Positions 27,479 through 37,046 of a stretch of DNA of 64,000 nucleotides are shown here, piece after piece. The stretch covers positions 62,001 to 126,000 of IMG/VR virus record IMGVR_UViG_3300048576_000363; one strand, written 5' to 3'. The translations under genes and the position numbers were made by a program. This stretch comes from an uncultured virus (IMG/VR IMGVR_UViG_3300048576_000363). Taxonomy: Duplodnaviria; Heunggongvirae; Uroviricota; Caudoviricetes. Position 1 is the first letter of the stretch; the number at the start of each line of letters is the position of its first letter. The notes beneath the pieces were generated by a model, which had not been told where the DNA came from, searched no databases, and saw only the letters and a list, made by a program, of their open reading frames with translations.

Positions 27479-27772
27479 TTATCCAAACCTGTGATAATGT
27501 CTTAACCCTCTTCTTCTTTTCAACTGCATTCTATGCAATGAACGATATCTTTTCATTCTTGTTCTTAAATGTTGACGATGAGTTTTATAGTAAAACTTCC
27601 TTCTTGTCTTTGTTGTTCCACGACTCTTTCTTGGTCTTTTTATTCTAATTCTGTAACGTGCAACAACATAAGAAGCAACTTTGTCAAGAATATCTGCTAA
27701 ATCAGAACGACCATGTTTATCTTCCAACTGGTCTGCGTAATCATGCAGTTTTGCTATAATAGAAAACATCAA
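27479..27772 (-). CDS. Arg/Lys-rich protamine-like protein with a helical N-terminal leader
   Basis: The C-terminal ~58 aa are dominated by R/K/H and contain no acidic residues; preceded by LADILDKVAS. Confidence 0.6.
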   Translation of the reverse strand: MMFSIIAKLHDYADQLEDKHGRSDLADILDKVASYVVARYRIRIKRPRKSRGTTKTRRKFYYKTHRQHLRTRMKRYRSLHRMQLKRRRGLRHYHRFG

Positions 27773-28110
27773 TCGCCCTCCATAATTTTCAACTTTGAAT
27801 AATAATCAGAAATCTCAGATAGATGATCAAGAGCAATTCTCTTTGCAACATCATCGTCAGGAGTATGCTCATGTTCAACATCAATTCCCATTTTTAATTG
27901 TTCAGCATCAACATCTTCTTCTGTAACACCAAGTTCGTTAGCTCTACCATTAGTCAAAAAAGTAACAAACTTAGTAGCAAGTTTATAAATTTCAGTTTCA
28001 GCTTTATCAACATCATAACCCATAGACTCAGCCCACGCATGTAAATCAACATCTAATGGATTTGGATTTGTTTTCAAAAAAAATATTACATCTTCTCTTA
28101 ACACTGTCAC
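27769..28110 (-). CDS. DUF5661-like phage protein
   Basis: QLKMGIDVEHEHT..AKRIALDHLSEI.DYYSKL motif. Confidence 0.7.
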   Translation of the reverse strand: MTVLREDVIFFLKTNPNPLDVDLHAWAESMGYDVDKAETEIYKLATKFVTFLTNGRANELGVTEEDVDAEQLKMGIDVEHEHTPDDDVAKRIALDHLSEISDYYSKLKIMEGD

Positions 28111-28294
28111 CTCTTGCTAAAAGACTATTATTGTAGTACTAATAAAAACAGTAGAATATTTAGGTTTTTCTACAATGACTAGAATTCAGTCTAGCATATC
28201 CAAAATGTTTGTCTATATAGTTTAAAATGGTAAAAAACTAAATAAAGTCGAGGGTATAAAAAGACACTCTTTAGAAGCTCAATTATGTAGCTGT

Positions 28295-29374
28295 TTATTG
28301 TTTAATATACAATGAAGGATGTGTTCTTAAATTCTTTACACTTGTCTCCCATAAAGGAATCAAAACTGAATATTGTTCTTCTATTTTTCTCCATTCAATT
28401 GAATCAGCGTATAAAATCTTAATTTTTGCTGTAGGATACTGTTCTCTTGTTAATTCAATTTTTCTTATATCTCTTCCCATGAAGTTCTTTGTCTCAACCC
28501 ACTCATCAGTTTGCGACAAATAAAAATCTATCCAACAATTCTCTTTTCCCTTATCAGAAATCACTTCAAAAGGTTTTAACTCAAACATGTATTTGATTTT
28601 ATTATAAATAAGATATCTAGCATAATTAGCTTCAAGTGTAGAACGCACACTATGTCCAATGTCGTTTCTATAACCATGTATTGAAAATGCAGTTTTAATA
28701 TCTGGCTGTTTTCCAAATCTATGGTTTTTACTTCCCATTCTACTTTCACTCATCTTGCTCTTTGTCTGTTCTGTATGTGTTCTTCCTTTATTATGATGAA
28801 TGATGTTTTTTGAATTGTTTTTCTTTATTGTATCACTAATGCTTTTCCTAGATTCTTCTGAATGACATTTGCCATAAAAAGGATTTTTTTCTCCCTTGAA
28901 AATTTCTTTACTTACACTTTTGCCTGCTATAGTAGTCTTCTCTATAAAATTGTTACTATACAAAGGGTCAGGATATTTAGAAGTATATTCTTGTTTTGTA
29001 ATTTTGTGATCTATTTTTAAGTGAAAGTCTATTCTTCCTTTCCTCATCCCACATATTTTACACTCAACCCATTCATTAGAATTTGTACTATTAAAAATCA
29101 AATGACTATGTTTAGGGTCTTTAGAATAAAAACAATGCTTATATAAAGAAGGCTGTGTTACACATGCTTCTCCACATATCTCGCACTTGAATTGTTTTGT
29201 TTCTTGATTTGTTTTTCTTCTTGAAGCTCCACGTTTCATTCTCTTTTCTTCATCAATCACATATTTAACATTAAACATTTCTTTATACTCTTGAATTGAC
29301 AACTTGTGATCTAATCTAATATGCTGCTGTAGATCTCCTCTCTCTTCCTGACATCCTTCAATTAAACATTTCAT
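28295..29374 (-). CDS. Free-standing homing endonuclease: Zn fingers + NUMOD3 + PD-(D/E)XK nuclease
   Basis: CxxC..H fingers; KNPFYGKCHSEESRKSIS; RSTLEANYARYL..IDFYL..VETK. Start at ATG 29374 with AAGGAG SD. Confidence 0.75.
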   Translation of the reverse strand: MKCLIEGCQEERGDLQQHIRLDHKLSIQEYKEMFNVKYVIDEEKRMKRGASRRKTNQETKQFKCEICGEACVTQPSLYKHCFYSKDPKHSHLIFNSTNSNEWVECKICGMRKGRIDFHLKIDHKITKQEYTSKYPDPLYSNNFIEKTTIAGKSVSKEIFKGEKNPFYGKCHSEESRKSISDTIKKNNSKNIIHHNKGRTHTEQTKSKMSESRMGSKNHRFGKQPDIKTAFSIHGYRNDIGHSVRSTLEANYARYLIYNKIKYMFELKPFEVISDKGKENCWIDFYLSQTDEWVETKNFMGRDIRKIELTREQYPTAKIKILYADSIEWRKIEEQYSVLIPLWETSVKNLRTHPSLYIKQ

Positions 29375-29401
29375 ATTGCTCCTTTGTTTTATAGAAGTAA
29401 T

Positions 29402-29430
29402 ATAATACTTTAAATCTAACAACTTGTCAA
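29402..29430 (-). promoter_or_regulatory. Sigma70-type promoter for the endonuclease gene
   Basis: TTGACA-17 nt-TATTAT on the minus strand, 28 nt upstream of ATG 29374. Confidence 0.7.
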
Positions 29431-29471
29431 CTATATTAAACTGTTATCGCATAAAATATTATTAAGATAAA

Positions 29472-29504
29472 CAAAAAGCCCCATCTTGTTTCCAAGACAG
29501 GGCT
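29472..29504 (-). terminator. Intrinsic terminator after the major capsid gene
   Basis: GCCCTGTCTTG-GAAA-CAAGATGGGGC-TTTTT. Confidence 0.85.
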
Positions 29505-29527
29505 ATAAGTTGTTGAATTGTAACTAA

Positions 29528-30406
29528 TTATGGACGAGTGACTTCAATGAGACTTACGCCTCTTGGGTTCCATACACCAATTCCAATTTGTTCAAAAATT
29601 GACCAACCAATTAAACGATTGTCAGGATCATCAGCTGGAAGAACTGTAACATCAATTCTCTGAGGCATAACAGCAAGGAATTTCTCCTCTGTGCAAACAA
29701 AGATTGTACCAATAGGCACGACTCTGCTTACGATAATGTCTGCTCCCCAGATCTGAGCCATCAAACCAGTGTTTAACAAACTCTTCTGTGTTACTGGGTC
29801 CAACTGATCACGACCAAATTTACGAATGTCAGAGTAATCTCTAGCATTCATGAACATACGAGCAACGCGAAGGTCATGTTTTTCAACTTCTGCAAAAGCA
29901 TCAGCAAGTGCATCTCTGTCAAGAGAGCCTGAAGCAGGTGTAATTGCGTTGAAAGGAAGACCTGTGTTAGGATTGATCTGTGCTGCAGCAACCTGGAGAG
30001 CGCTGAAACCAAGATCATCTTCACTTGCCTGAATGTCCTGTTTTGCTTTGTCCTGAGCACGGTCGATCAGGTTATATCTGCGTTCTTTGATCTGTGTGAA
30101 CGGAATCTTCGGGTTTGAAGCAAGTTCAAACAGAGGAACGAGAATTCTTTTACCTTTTACGATTGTCTCAGGTGTCTGACCTTCTTCACCAATAACGATT
30201 GCCGGAACATCGACGTCTCTGTCATAGTAAGGAAGAGCACCCTGTGGCAGGGGATCTACAACTGCTGCACGACGGAACACACCTTCGTAATCAAGACGTT
30301 CACGAAGAGGATTCTGCATTGAAGCAGCAAGCTTCATCTTACCTTCTGGGGTAAGCAAGAGCTTCTCAATGGCTCTTTCTTTATCAGCTGCTGTCGTAAT
30401 TTTCAT
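29528..30406 (-). CDS. Major capsid protein (compact HK97 fold)
   Basis: Lies after the scaffold and decoration genes, has a strong SD and terminator, and is visibly more GC-rich. HK97-like segments LDYEGVFRR..GEEG..VPLFELASNPKI..IFEQIGIGVWNP. Confidence 0.85.
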   Translation of the reverse strand: MKITTAADKERAIEKLLLTPEGKMKLAASMQNPLRERLDYEGVFRRAAVVDPLPQGALPYYDRDVDVPAIVIGEEGQTPETIVKGKRILVPLFELASNPKIPFTQIKERRYNLIDRAQDKAKQDIQASEDDLGFSALQVAAAQINPNTGLPFNAITPASGSLDRDALADAFAEVEKHDLRVARMFMNARDYSDIRKFGRDQLDPVTQKSLLNTGLMAQIWGADIIVSRVVPIGTIFVCTEEKFLAVMPQRIDVTVLPADDPDNRLIGWSIFEQIGIGVWNPRGVSLIEVTRP

Positions 30407-30485
30407 GGAAAACTCCTTAATTAACTGTTGCTTTGTTTTTGTTTTTTGTTTTAATCAATAGTTCTATTAAATCTCACTGATGATC

Positions 30486-30980
30486 TTAGATATAAAGATC
30501 AAAACCAAGCCAAGGATCAGTAGGTGACGGAGCCTTTGAGACTCTACCAACAACTGGACATGTGGCAGAAAGATCTTCAGATGTGAGAAGACCGAAATCA
30601 CTAGCATAAAGAAGATCACCTGCAGTGTAAGTGACATCGAGTGTGTCAGCTTCATTGCGTGTCTCATAAATGTCAGTTTCAAACGATCCCATAGAACGCA
30701 TGACTGTGATTTTTCCCGAAGCAACAGCCGGGGTGTTTTCGAACGGTGAGCCTGCAGCATCGTTGAGGAAGATTCCAACAGGTGCATGAGTCGTACAAAT
30801 GTCGACTTCATAATTGTCGGAATACATCGCAACCATACCTGCCAGGACTCCGTCCGGTGAGTCAGCTGTAATTCGGTCTGACGTACAACCAGCAGCGCCA
30901 AAATTCTGACGAGTAAAAGCGCCAGGAGCCAATGTTGACAGAGAATTTCTGTCACCTGGGAACAGGATACGAAGTGCCAT
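30486..30980 (-). CDS. Capsid decoration/cement protein
   Basis: Directly upstream of the MCP; beta-tulip-like PVGIF..SGKITV..YTAGDLLYAS..GLLT..VVGRV. Confidence 0.7.
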   Translation of the reverse strand: MALRILFPGDRNSLSTLAPGAFTRQNFGAAGCTSDRITADSPDGVLAGMVAMYSDNYEVDICTTHAPVGIFLNDAAGSPFENTPAVASGKITVMRSMGSFETDIYETRNEADTLDVTYTAGDLLYASDFGLLTSEDLSATCPVVGRVSKAPSPTDPWLGFDLYI

Positions 30981-31072
30981 GGAGTAACTCCTTAAGTTAA
31001 ATTGGTACTTGTTATTAACAAAACTAGCAAATCTTTAAACATTAATTCTGTGTTTATAAAAGGATTAGAAAA

Positions 31073-31098
31073 AACAAGGAGAATAAATTCTCCTTGTT
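31073..31098 (-). terminator. Terminator-like hairpin after the scaffold gene
   Basis: AACAAGGAGAAT-AA-ATTCTCCTTGTT inverted repeat, followed by a T run on the minus strand. Confidence 0.6.
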
Positions 31099-31108
31099 AA
31101 TATCTAAT

Positions 31109-32599
31109 TTATTCGTCCTGAGGTGCGCCTCTCCACATTTTTGAAAGAACTTCAACTTCAGGATCTCCAGAGAAATCATTTTGTTCAACCAAAGATGCAT
31201 TTTTGTCGATACCAAAACTGCTATCTTCGACAGCTTCATTATCTCTCTTAAGAGGTTGATGCTTTGATGATGTAACAGTTTTTCCAGGTTCTCTTGAAGA
31301 CTCTTTTGCAGGAGCTTCAGTAGATTCTTCTTCTGGAGTCTCTGCAGCTTCTTCAGCTGGTGTTTCTGCATCAGCTTTCTCTTCTTCAACAACAGGAGCA
31401 GCTGAACATTCAGCAAGTTTTTTCTCGACTTCTTCAGCATTTTCTTCAGCTGCATCACCAAGAGAGTCATGCTTATCAGCAGCACCAATATCACCTTTTG
31501 ATTCAGCTTCTTCAGCTAGTTTGCGATGATGTGATGCAATCAGACGATAATTACGAGCAAGTTCAGCAAGTTTGTTTGAAGCTTCAACTGGTGTTGCAGG
31601 AGTTTCTGTCTCTACAGGTTCCGTAGCATCAGCTTTTTCTTCTTCTTTTTTTTCTTCAACTACAACAGGAGTTTCTGTTACAGGAGGAACTTGTGAAGCA
31701 GCTTCTTTCTCATCTTTTTCGACAGCAGGAGTTTCTGTAGTCTCAGGTGTTTCAACAACTTCAGGTTTCTCTTCAGTTTCTTCTTCAGCAGATTTTGTCA
31801 TTGTTTCAATAACGCTCTGAATATGAGCAACTTTTGCTTCAGCTTCATCAGCTTTACCGTCAAGCATTTCTGCTTGTTCAATGTCATCATCTTCTTGTGC
31901 TTCAGCTGCAGCCTGACGATTGATTCTTACAATGCGTGACTGGCGACGGAGTTCTTTTTGTGCATCATCAATAGAAATAAACTCATGCTCACCAGCAACT
32001 TTACGTTCAAGTCTATCAATTTCGCTATCTTCAAGTTTTACGATAGAAGCAATTTTAGATTTAATAGCTTCATAAGAATCTTCAAGTTTTCCTTCAGCAA
32101 CAAGTTGTTTTGCAATAGCAAGACCTCGACGTGCCTTACGTTCTACAACTCTATCATTACGTTCTGAAGCAAGTTTTTTCTTCAAAGATGCAACAGTATT
32201 CATAAGATTTGCATATTTTTCTTCATCATCTCCTTCAGGTACTTCTGCTTCACTTCCTTCAGTGTTTTCTTCAGAACCTTCATCGAGTTCTTCTGGTACG
32301 ACTGGAGCAGCAACAGGTGCAGCACCAGCACCAGCACCTTGTGCTTGTGTTGTTACAGCATTTAATACAGCACTTTGAAGCTCGCCTTCAGTTGTTACTG
32401 CAGGTTGTTCGCTGGGTGCACTCATTTGCGATGATGTTTTTCCAGCAAGTTCATTTACCAAGTCTTCAGCAAATTTCTGTGCTTCAGCTGGTTCAAAAGT
32501 CTCTTTCGAAGCTTCTACGACCTTAACCAACTTTGACCCATTAAATACTGCGACTTTAGATCCACTTTTATGCACTTTTGCATGCCATGACCAACTCAT
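31109..32599 (-). CDS. Prohead scaffolding/core protein
   Basis: E/A-rich coiled coil located between the protease and decoration/MCP genes. Confidence 0.7.
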   Translation of the reverse strand: MSWSWHAKVHKSGSKVAVFNGSKLVKVVEASKETFEPAEAQKFAEDLVNELAGKTSSQMSAPSEQPAVTTEGELQSAVLNAVTTQAQGAGAGAAPVAAPVVPEELDEGSEENTEGSEAEVPEGDDEEKYANLMNTVASLKKKLASERNDRVVERKARRGLAIAKQLVAEGKLEDSYEAIKSKIASIVKLEDSEIDRLERKVAGEHEFISIDDAQKELRRQSRIVRINRQAAAEAQEDDDIEQAEMLDGKADEAEAKVAHIQSVIETMTKSAEEETEEKPEVVETPETTETPAVEKDEKEAASQVPPVTETPVVVEEKKEEEKADATEPVETETPATPVEASNKLAELARNYRLIASHHRKLAEEAESKGDIGAADKHDSLGDAAEENAEEVEKKLAECSAAPVVEEEKADAETPAEEAAETPEEESTEAPAKESSREPGKTVTSSKHQPLKRDNEAVEDSSFGIDKNASLVEQNDFSGDPEVEVLSKMWRGAPQDE

Positions 32600-32612
32600 G
32601 TTTTCTCCTTAG

Positions 32613-33350
32613 TTAAAGTAAAACTTGTTTTTTCTTTATTTGTTTTTCTGTTATGACAAAAAAATTCATATTATTTTCACTAGCATATTTTCTACCTGCT
32701 TCAAATTTTAAAATATTGCTAGTTAATGCTATATGAGATTTTGGCTTAACTTCAATTAAATCTTTTGAATTATCAATATAAGTAATTAAAATATCAGGCC
32801 TATAACCTCTTTTTTTCTTATTTTCATCAAAATATTCAATACTCATTGCCTCAGATTCATAAAACTTTACTTTAGAAATTTGTTCCAAAATTTGATAAAC
32901 TTGCAATTCCCATGATGATCTATAATGAATTTCTTTATTATTCTTGTTTGAAAAAAACATTCCTTGCTTGAATCTTTTAGATGTATTGACGTTTCTAAAC
33001 TTCCCTAATTTATGAGCTTGCGAAGTTTTTTCACTTAATTTTTCTCTACATTCTTGTGTTATAACTTTGCCTTTTCCAATTTTACTTAGTTTTTGACGAG
33101 TTTCAAGTGAAACAGTTCTTTTTCTTGATTTTTGAGCTTCACTTATCTTTCTTTTACCTTCTTCTGAAATTTTCCAGTGTGAAGAATGTTTTTTACCTTT
33201 TCTTAATAAACTCAGCTTTGCTTTAAGTTCAGGAGAATGTTTTCCTCGTTTTTTGCCAGTAAGAGATTCACTTATCTTTAATCTAGTTTCTAAAGACATT
33301 TTTCTGCCTTTTAAACTTTGACTTATTTTCTTTTTTGTCTCTTCTAACAT
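32613..33350 (-). CDS. Free-standing NUMOD3 + TnsA-like PD-(D/E)XK homing endonuclease
   Basis: Multiple SxETxxKIS repeats; YRSSWEL..YESE..YRPDILI..LIEVKP. Confidence 0.8.
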   Translation of the reverse strand: MLEETKKKISQSLKGRKMSLETRLKISESLTGKKRGKHSPELKAKLSLLRKGKKHSSHWKISEEGKRKISEAQKSRKRTVSLETRQKLSKIGKGKVITQECREKLSEKTSQAHKLGKFRNVNTSKRFKQGMFFSNKNNKEIHYRSSWELQVYQILEQISKVKFYESEAMSIEYFDENKKKRGYRPDILITYIDNSKDLIEVKPKSHIALTSNILKFEAGRKYASENNMNFFVITEKQIKKKQVLL

Positions 33351-33351
33351 A

Positions 33352-33990
33352 TTACAATAGTTTAATTAACTGGTTACAATGTTGACAAACGACATAATTT
33401 GAAGTATAACTTGTTTTTTTGTTTTGGTCTACAAGATCATCAATAGTATAATTTTCTTCATGCTCACAGTGTTTACAAGCAACCTTCACATAAGAATTTT
33501 CTAATACAAAAGCGTTAATTTCTTTTGAAACTTTTTCTAAACTTGAAATCTTGATACGATTTATAATAGAAGTACCAAAACGCGCAGAAAAAAAATAAAT
33601 TTTATCTTCTAACGAACCATTTTTAAAAACTTCTTCAAAACTTGCTGTCATTTTAGGTTCGCTGTTTCTATACCAAACCCAACGTGCTTCATCATCTCTG
33701 AAACCACATGTCCATATATCTGATTTTTTGTTGATTTCTGTTTTTGTTTCTTCGATAGATGAAAGTTTTAATTGCTTTAAAATTTCTAAACTTGCACGAA
33801 CAGGATTTGTTGGGAATGTGTCTTTTAAACGTTGTATTGTTTTGTTTTTTGATGCATCTACAATAACAACATCTTTTTCTAAACGAAATGCTTTCAAATT
33901 TTTTTGCAAATCTAATACTTCTTTTGCTTCTCGCTCAAGTTTTTTTATGTTTAACGAATTAAAACTGAAAAAATTTGAAATAAACTGCAT
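33352..33990 (-). CDS. Head-module hypothetical protein with C-terminal Zn ribbon
   Basis: CKHC...CQHC after YVKVA; located between protease and scaffold. Confidence 0.6.
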   Translation of the reverse strand: MQFISNFFSFNSLNIKKLEREAKEVLDLQKNLKAFRLEKDVVIVDASKNKTIQRLKDTFPTNPVRASLEILKQLKLSSIEETKTEINKKSDIWTCGFRDDEARWVWYRNSEPKMTASFEEVFKNGSLEDKIYFFSARFGTSIINRIKISSLEKVSKEINAFVLENSYVKVACKHCEHEENYTIDDLVDQNKKTSYTSNYVVCQHCNQLIKLL

Positions 33991-33998
33991 AATTATCC

Positions 33999-35774
33999 TT
34001 AACTTTTTCTTTTATTGACATAAGACAGAGGCATGTAAAAATCTTCACCTGTCTCTGTAATAAATAAACCGTACTCACCGTTATCAACAGAAGCAATAAA
34101 TGTTACTTTCTCACCTTTAGTTATAACTGAATTCCCTTGTTCGTCAAACCAATATGTTCCTTCATCGTTTTCAACTGGAATATCTTGCGAAACAACAAAA
34201 ATACTTGATTTTTTTGTTTCTACTTTTTCAACGTTAAGATCATTAGGTGTTTTCCAAACAGTCTTTCCATTTTCAAGTTTAACAATTGCAAGAGGACCAC
34301 GTAAAGAAACAATAACTCCCTTTTGTCCTTTTTCTTTTCCTTTATTGATTTCAACTTTATCTTTGGGTTTTACTTTTATTTTTGATGCTGTTTTGTAGAG
34401 AGATTCTTCTGCGGAATAAAAACATCGTGGACATTCAAGAACAGATGTTTGTCCTGCATCTATTGTAGATGCTTTCACTTTCCAAAGATCAGTTTTAAAT
34501 CCACATTTTATACATTCAAATTCATCAACTCTAGATATAACAGAAGTATTTGATGTAGGTTTTATTTCAAGAATAACAATTGGTTGTTGTGGCTTGAGCT
34601 CTAAATAAGTAGTTTTTGTATCTTCTAAACCTGCTTCATCTTTAATATCATGCGGGTTGTTATATGGAATATCTGTGTAATCATGATCTGAAATAGAGAA
34701 GTCTTTATTTCCAGATTCGTTTTGTATAGGGTGCGTTGCTTGTTTTTTTCCAAACATTTTTTCGAAAATACTTTCAAGTGAAAAACTTGATTTTTGTTGT
34801 GGCACAAATGCACAAATACTTTCTATTTCTTCTTTAGAAAGAACTTCACTTGCTTTAAATGTTTGTTTAAGTGCTTGATTTGAAGTATTGATTTCAATTG
34901 AACCATCTTCTTTAATTGAAATGTTAGCAACATCATTGTTCTTAGAAGCAGCTTTTAAGACTAAACCGTCATCTTTATACATAGCTTCAATTTTTGAATT
35001 AAGAATATTTGCAAGTAGATGATTACTTACTTCAGAAGAAGACAGGATTTTTCTAAAAACAGCACCTGCAAAAGCAGGATTTGCAACTAGTGAAACATCA
35101 AAAAAAGTATTGTTTTTACAAATTTCTGCAGAACGTCTTTTTGTTCCATCAGCAAGAGTAAAAGTACTTCCTTTATTTCCTCTTTTTAAATGGTCGCAAT
35201 AAGTTGTTGGATCATTTGCTGTATTACCACAAATGCTACAAACTGTTTGTGCTGTAGTGCAACCCATAGAAACAGCATTGATAATTCCATTTTCAATGTT
35301 AGCAACAAGATCTTTATGACGTTTGTCTACAGAAAACAAAACGTCAATAAGTAGTGTATCACCCATATCTCTTGCTATAACATCAATGCATTTCCCTTTT
35401 GCATTTTCAAGACGTTGATCATGCTCAACAAACGTTGTTGCTCTCTTAAACGATTTATAATCTTTTAAGAGATCGTTACAAGTCCAAGCATCATGGTTGT
35501 CGTTTATAAACTTTTCAGATTCAGCAGTTATATTAAACCCGTTTTCTTCAGTTTTTACGCCTGCCATAATAGTAGTATGAATATAAATAAATTTTTCGGG
35601 ATCAATAGTAGCAACAACTTGAAAATCAGCTTCTTTTTCAACAGCTTCTTTTTTTGATTCTTCAGCTAATACTGGTTTGTTTGCTTTTTTGCATAGAACA
35701 TCCCAATTCTTTAAATTCCCTCCCAGGATTTCTATTTTTGCTGTCTTAAGCATCCCAGTTTTCGTAAATGACAT
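33999..35774 (-). CDS. Prohead maturation protease (HK97/assemblin-like) with C-terminal Zn-ribbon and KOW/SH3-like domains
   Basis: FVEHD (His), AVSMGC (Ser), CSICGN..CDH insertion, FDVSLVANPA. ATG 35774 has a GGAGG SD. Confidence 0.8.
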   Translation of the reverse strand: MSFTKTGMLKTAKIEILGGNLKNWDVLCKKANKPVLAEESKKEAVEKEADFQVVATIDPEKFIYIHTTIMAGVKTEENGFNITAESEKFINDNHDAWTCNDLLKDYKSFKRATTFVEHDQRLENAKGKCIDVIARDMGDTLLIDVLFSVDKRHKDLVANIENGIINAVSMGCTTAQTVCSICGNTANDPTTYCDHLKRGNKGSTFTLADGTKRRSAEICKNNTFFDVSLVANPAFAGAVFRKILSSSEVSNHLLANILNSKIEAMYKDDGLVLKAASKNNDVANISIKEDGSIEINTSNQALKQTFKASEVLSKEEIESICAFVPQQKSSFSLESIFEKMFGKKQATHPIQNESGNKDFSISDHDYTDIPYNNPHDIKDEAGLEDTKTTYLELKPQQPIVILEIKPTSNTSVISRVDEFECIKCGFKTDLWKVKASTIDAGQTSVLECPRCFYSAEESLYKTASKIKVKPKDKVEINKGKEKGQKGVIVSLRGPLAIVKLENGKTVWKTPNDLNVEKVETKKSSIFVVSQDIPVENDEGTYWFDEQGNSVITKGEKVTFIASVDNGEYGLFITETGEDFYMPLSYVNKRKS

Positions 35775-35829
35775 GGAACCTCCCAAGTATCCCCGAATTG
35801 ATACAAAATTTTGATAAAAGTTTCAGATT

Positions 35830-35845
35830 ATAAAAACTTTAGAAA
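35830..35845 (-). promoter_or_regulatory. Candidate late-promoter motif TTTCTAAAGTTTTTAT
   Basis: 15/16 match to the recurring intergenic 16-mer; upstream of the protease gene. Confidence 0.5.
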
Positions 35846-35850
35846 AAATA

Positions 35851-36324
35851 TCACCACTTCAATTTGACTCGCATCCAGCCATTAAGGTCGCTGGGTAATG
35901 CAGCAACAACTCCAACACAATCTCCACCACCATTGACATTTGTGACAAGGCCATTAGCACTTGCATAAAGTTTTTGATTGTATGTATAAACAAGATTTTC
36001 ATAAGCATTTTTGTTTAAATCAAACATACCATCATCAGACAGCATGACGACTTTATGACTTCCATTTACAGGATTGTTTTCATACCGATAAGGTCGAATT
36101 GGAGCTGCAAGTCCATCCATATCTTTAAAGTTATAAGGCTTTCCATCATAGTCTTCAAGTTTATAACCATTTATAAGAACACCTGCAACATCAGTAGGTG
36201 TCGCTTTTTCAACGATCATATTTCCGACAAATTTAACTATTTGTCCACCATACCAACCAGTTCTAAGAAGTTCAGGTCCAGGGTAAACATTTATTCCCCA
36301 GTATCTAAAATGAATTTTTATCAT
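35851..36324 (-). CDS. Second decoration-like protein (paralog of 30486-30980)
   Basis: YTYNQKLYASANGLVT..VGVVAALPS..GWMRVKL parallels YTAGDLLYASDFGLLT..VGRVSKAPS..PWLGFDL. Confidence 0.6.
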   Translation of the reverse strand: MIKIHFRYWGINVYPGPELLRTGWYGGQIVKFVGNMIVEKATPTDVAGVLINGYKLEDYDGKPYNFKDMDGLAAPIRPYRYENNPVNGSHKVVMLSDDGMFDLNKNAYENLVYTYNQKLYASANGLVTNVNGGGDCVGVVAALPSDLNGWMRVKLKW

Positions 36325-37046
36325 GGTTTTTGTCCTGGTCTGATAGGTCCAATTTTTGTTGGCCTAACTGTTTGAGGTTGTTTGACTTTACTAGGTCCTA
36401 TCTGAGGTGTTCTTAATTGTCTTAACAAAGGTTTTTTCTCGACAGGTTGCTTTTCAGTAGGTTGCTTTTTCTCTGGAACAACAGGTGTTTTAGGTTTTAA
36501 TTTAGGTGGAGTTATTTTTTTAGGTTCAGGTTCTTTAAAACCCTCAGGTACAATGAATTTCTTAAACAAAGGAATACTTGCAGCAACATGTTTGCAAATC
36601 AAATATCTTCTTTGTGGATCTCTTTTGTTTGGAGGTTGTCCATCAGAGTATTGTCGTTCTGAATAGTCTTTATCTAAAGCGTTAAAGTCAGCACCGTTAT
36701 ATTTCCAAGCATTACAATTACAAGAGACTTCAACTTCTCTACCTAGCATTCCTTGTGTTTTGCTTCCTTTTCCTGGAACTAACTTAAATCTTACATCATA
36801 AGGACCTTTACTCCAGTTTTGATTGCATCTCACACTGAAAGCCCATCTGCCATTTTTAGGGTCATTTCTTTTTGTTGTTGATATACAACCTTTTGCATAT
36901 TTTATCGAACGTTGATTTGTTCTAAAAATCAACTCTCCTGCTGTCATTGCTATTTTTGCAAAAGGATGTTCGAACAATTCATCTACTTCAATAGTTCTTG
37001 TAGATAGAATTTCATTAGCTAATTTTTTTATAAAATCTTTATTCAT
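36321..37046 (-). CDS. SWIM-type Zn-finger head-module protein with Pro/Lys-rich tail
   Basis: VSCNC..W...ICKHV; carries the N-terminal KLANEIL leader. Confidence 0.65.
   Translation of the reverse strand: MNKDFIKKLANEILSTRTIEVDELFEHPFAKIAMTAGELIFRTNQRSIKYAKGCISTTKRNDPKNGRWAFSVRCNQNWSKGPYDVRFKLVPGKGSKTQGMLGREVEVSCNCNAWKYNGADFNALDKDYSERQYSDGQPPNKRDPQRRYLICKHVAASIPLFKKFIVPEGFKEPEPKKITPPKLKPKTPVVPEKKQPTEKQPVEKKPLLRQLRTPQIGPSKVKQPQTVRPTKIGPIRPGQKP

Noticed and set aside
30467..30955. 162-aa alternative-frame ORF over the decoration gene, and other short shadow ORFs in the track
   Set aside because: They overlap well-supported genes, lack SD sequences and recognisable motifs, and are explained by codon bias of the real gene.
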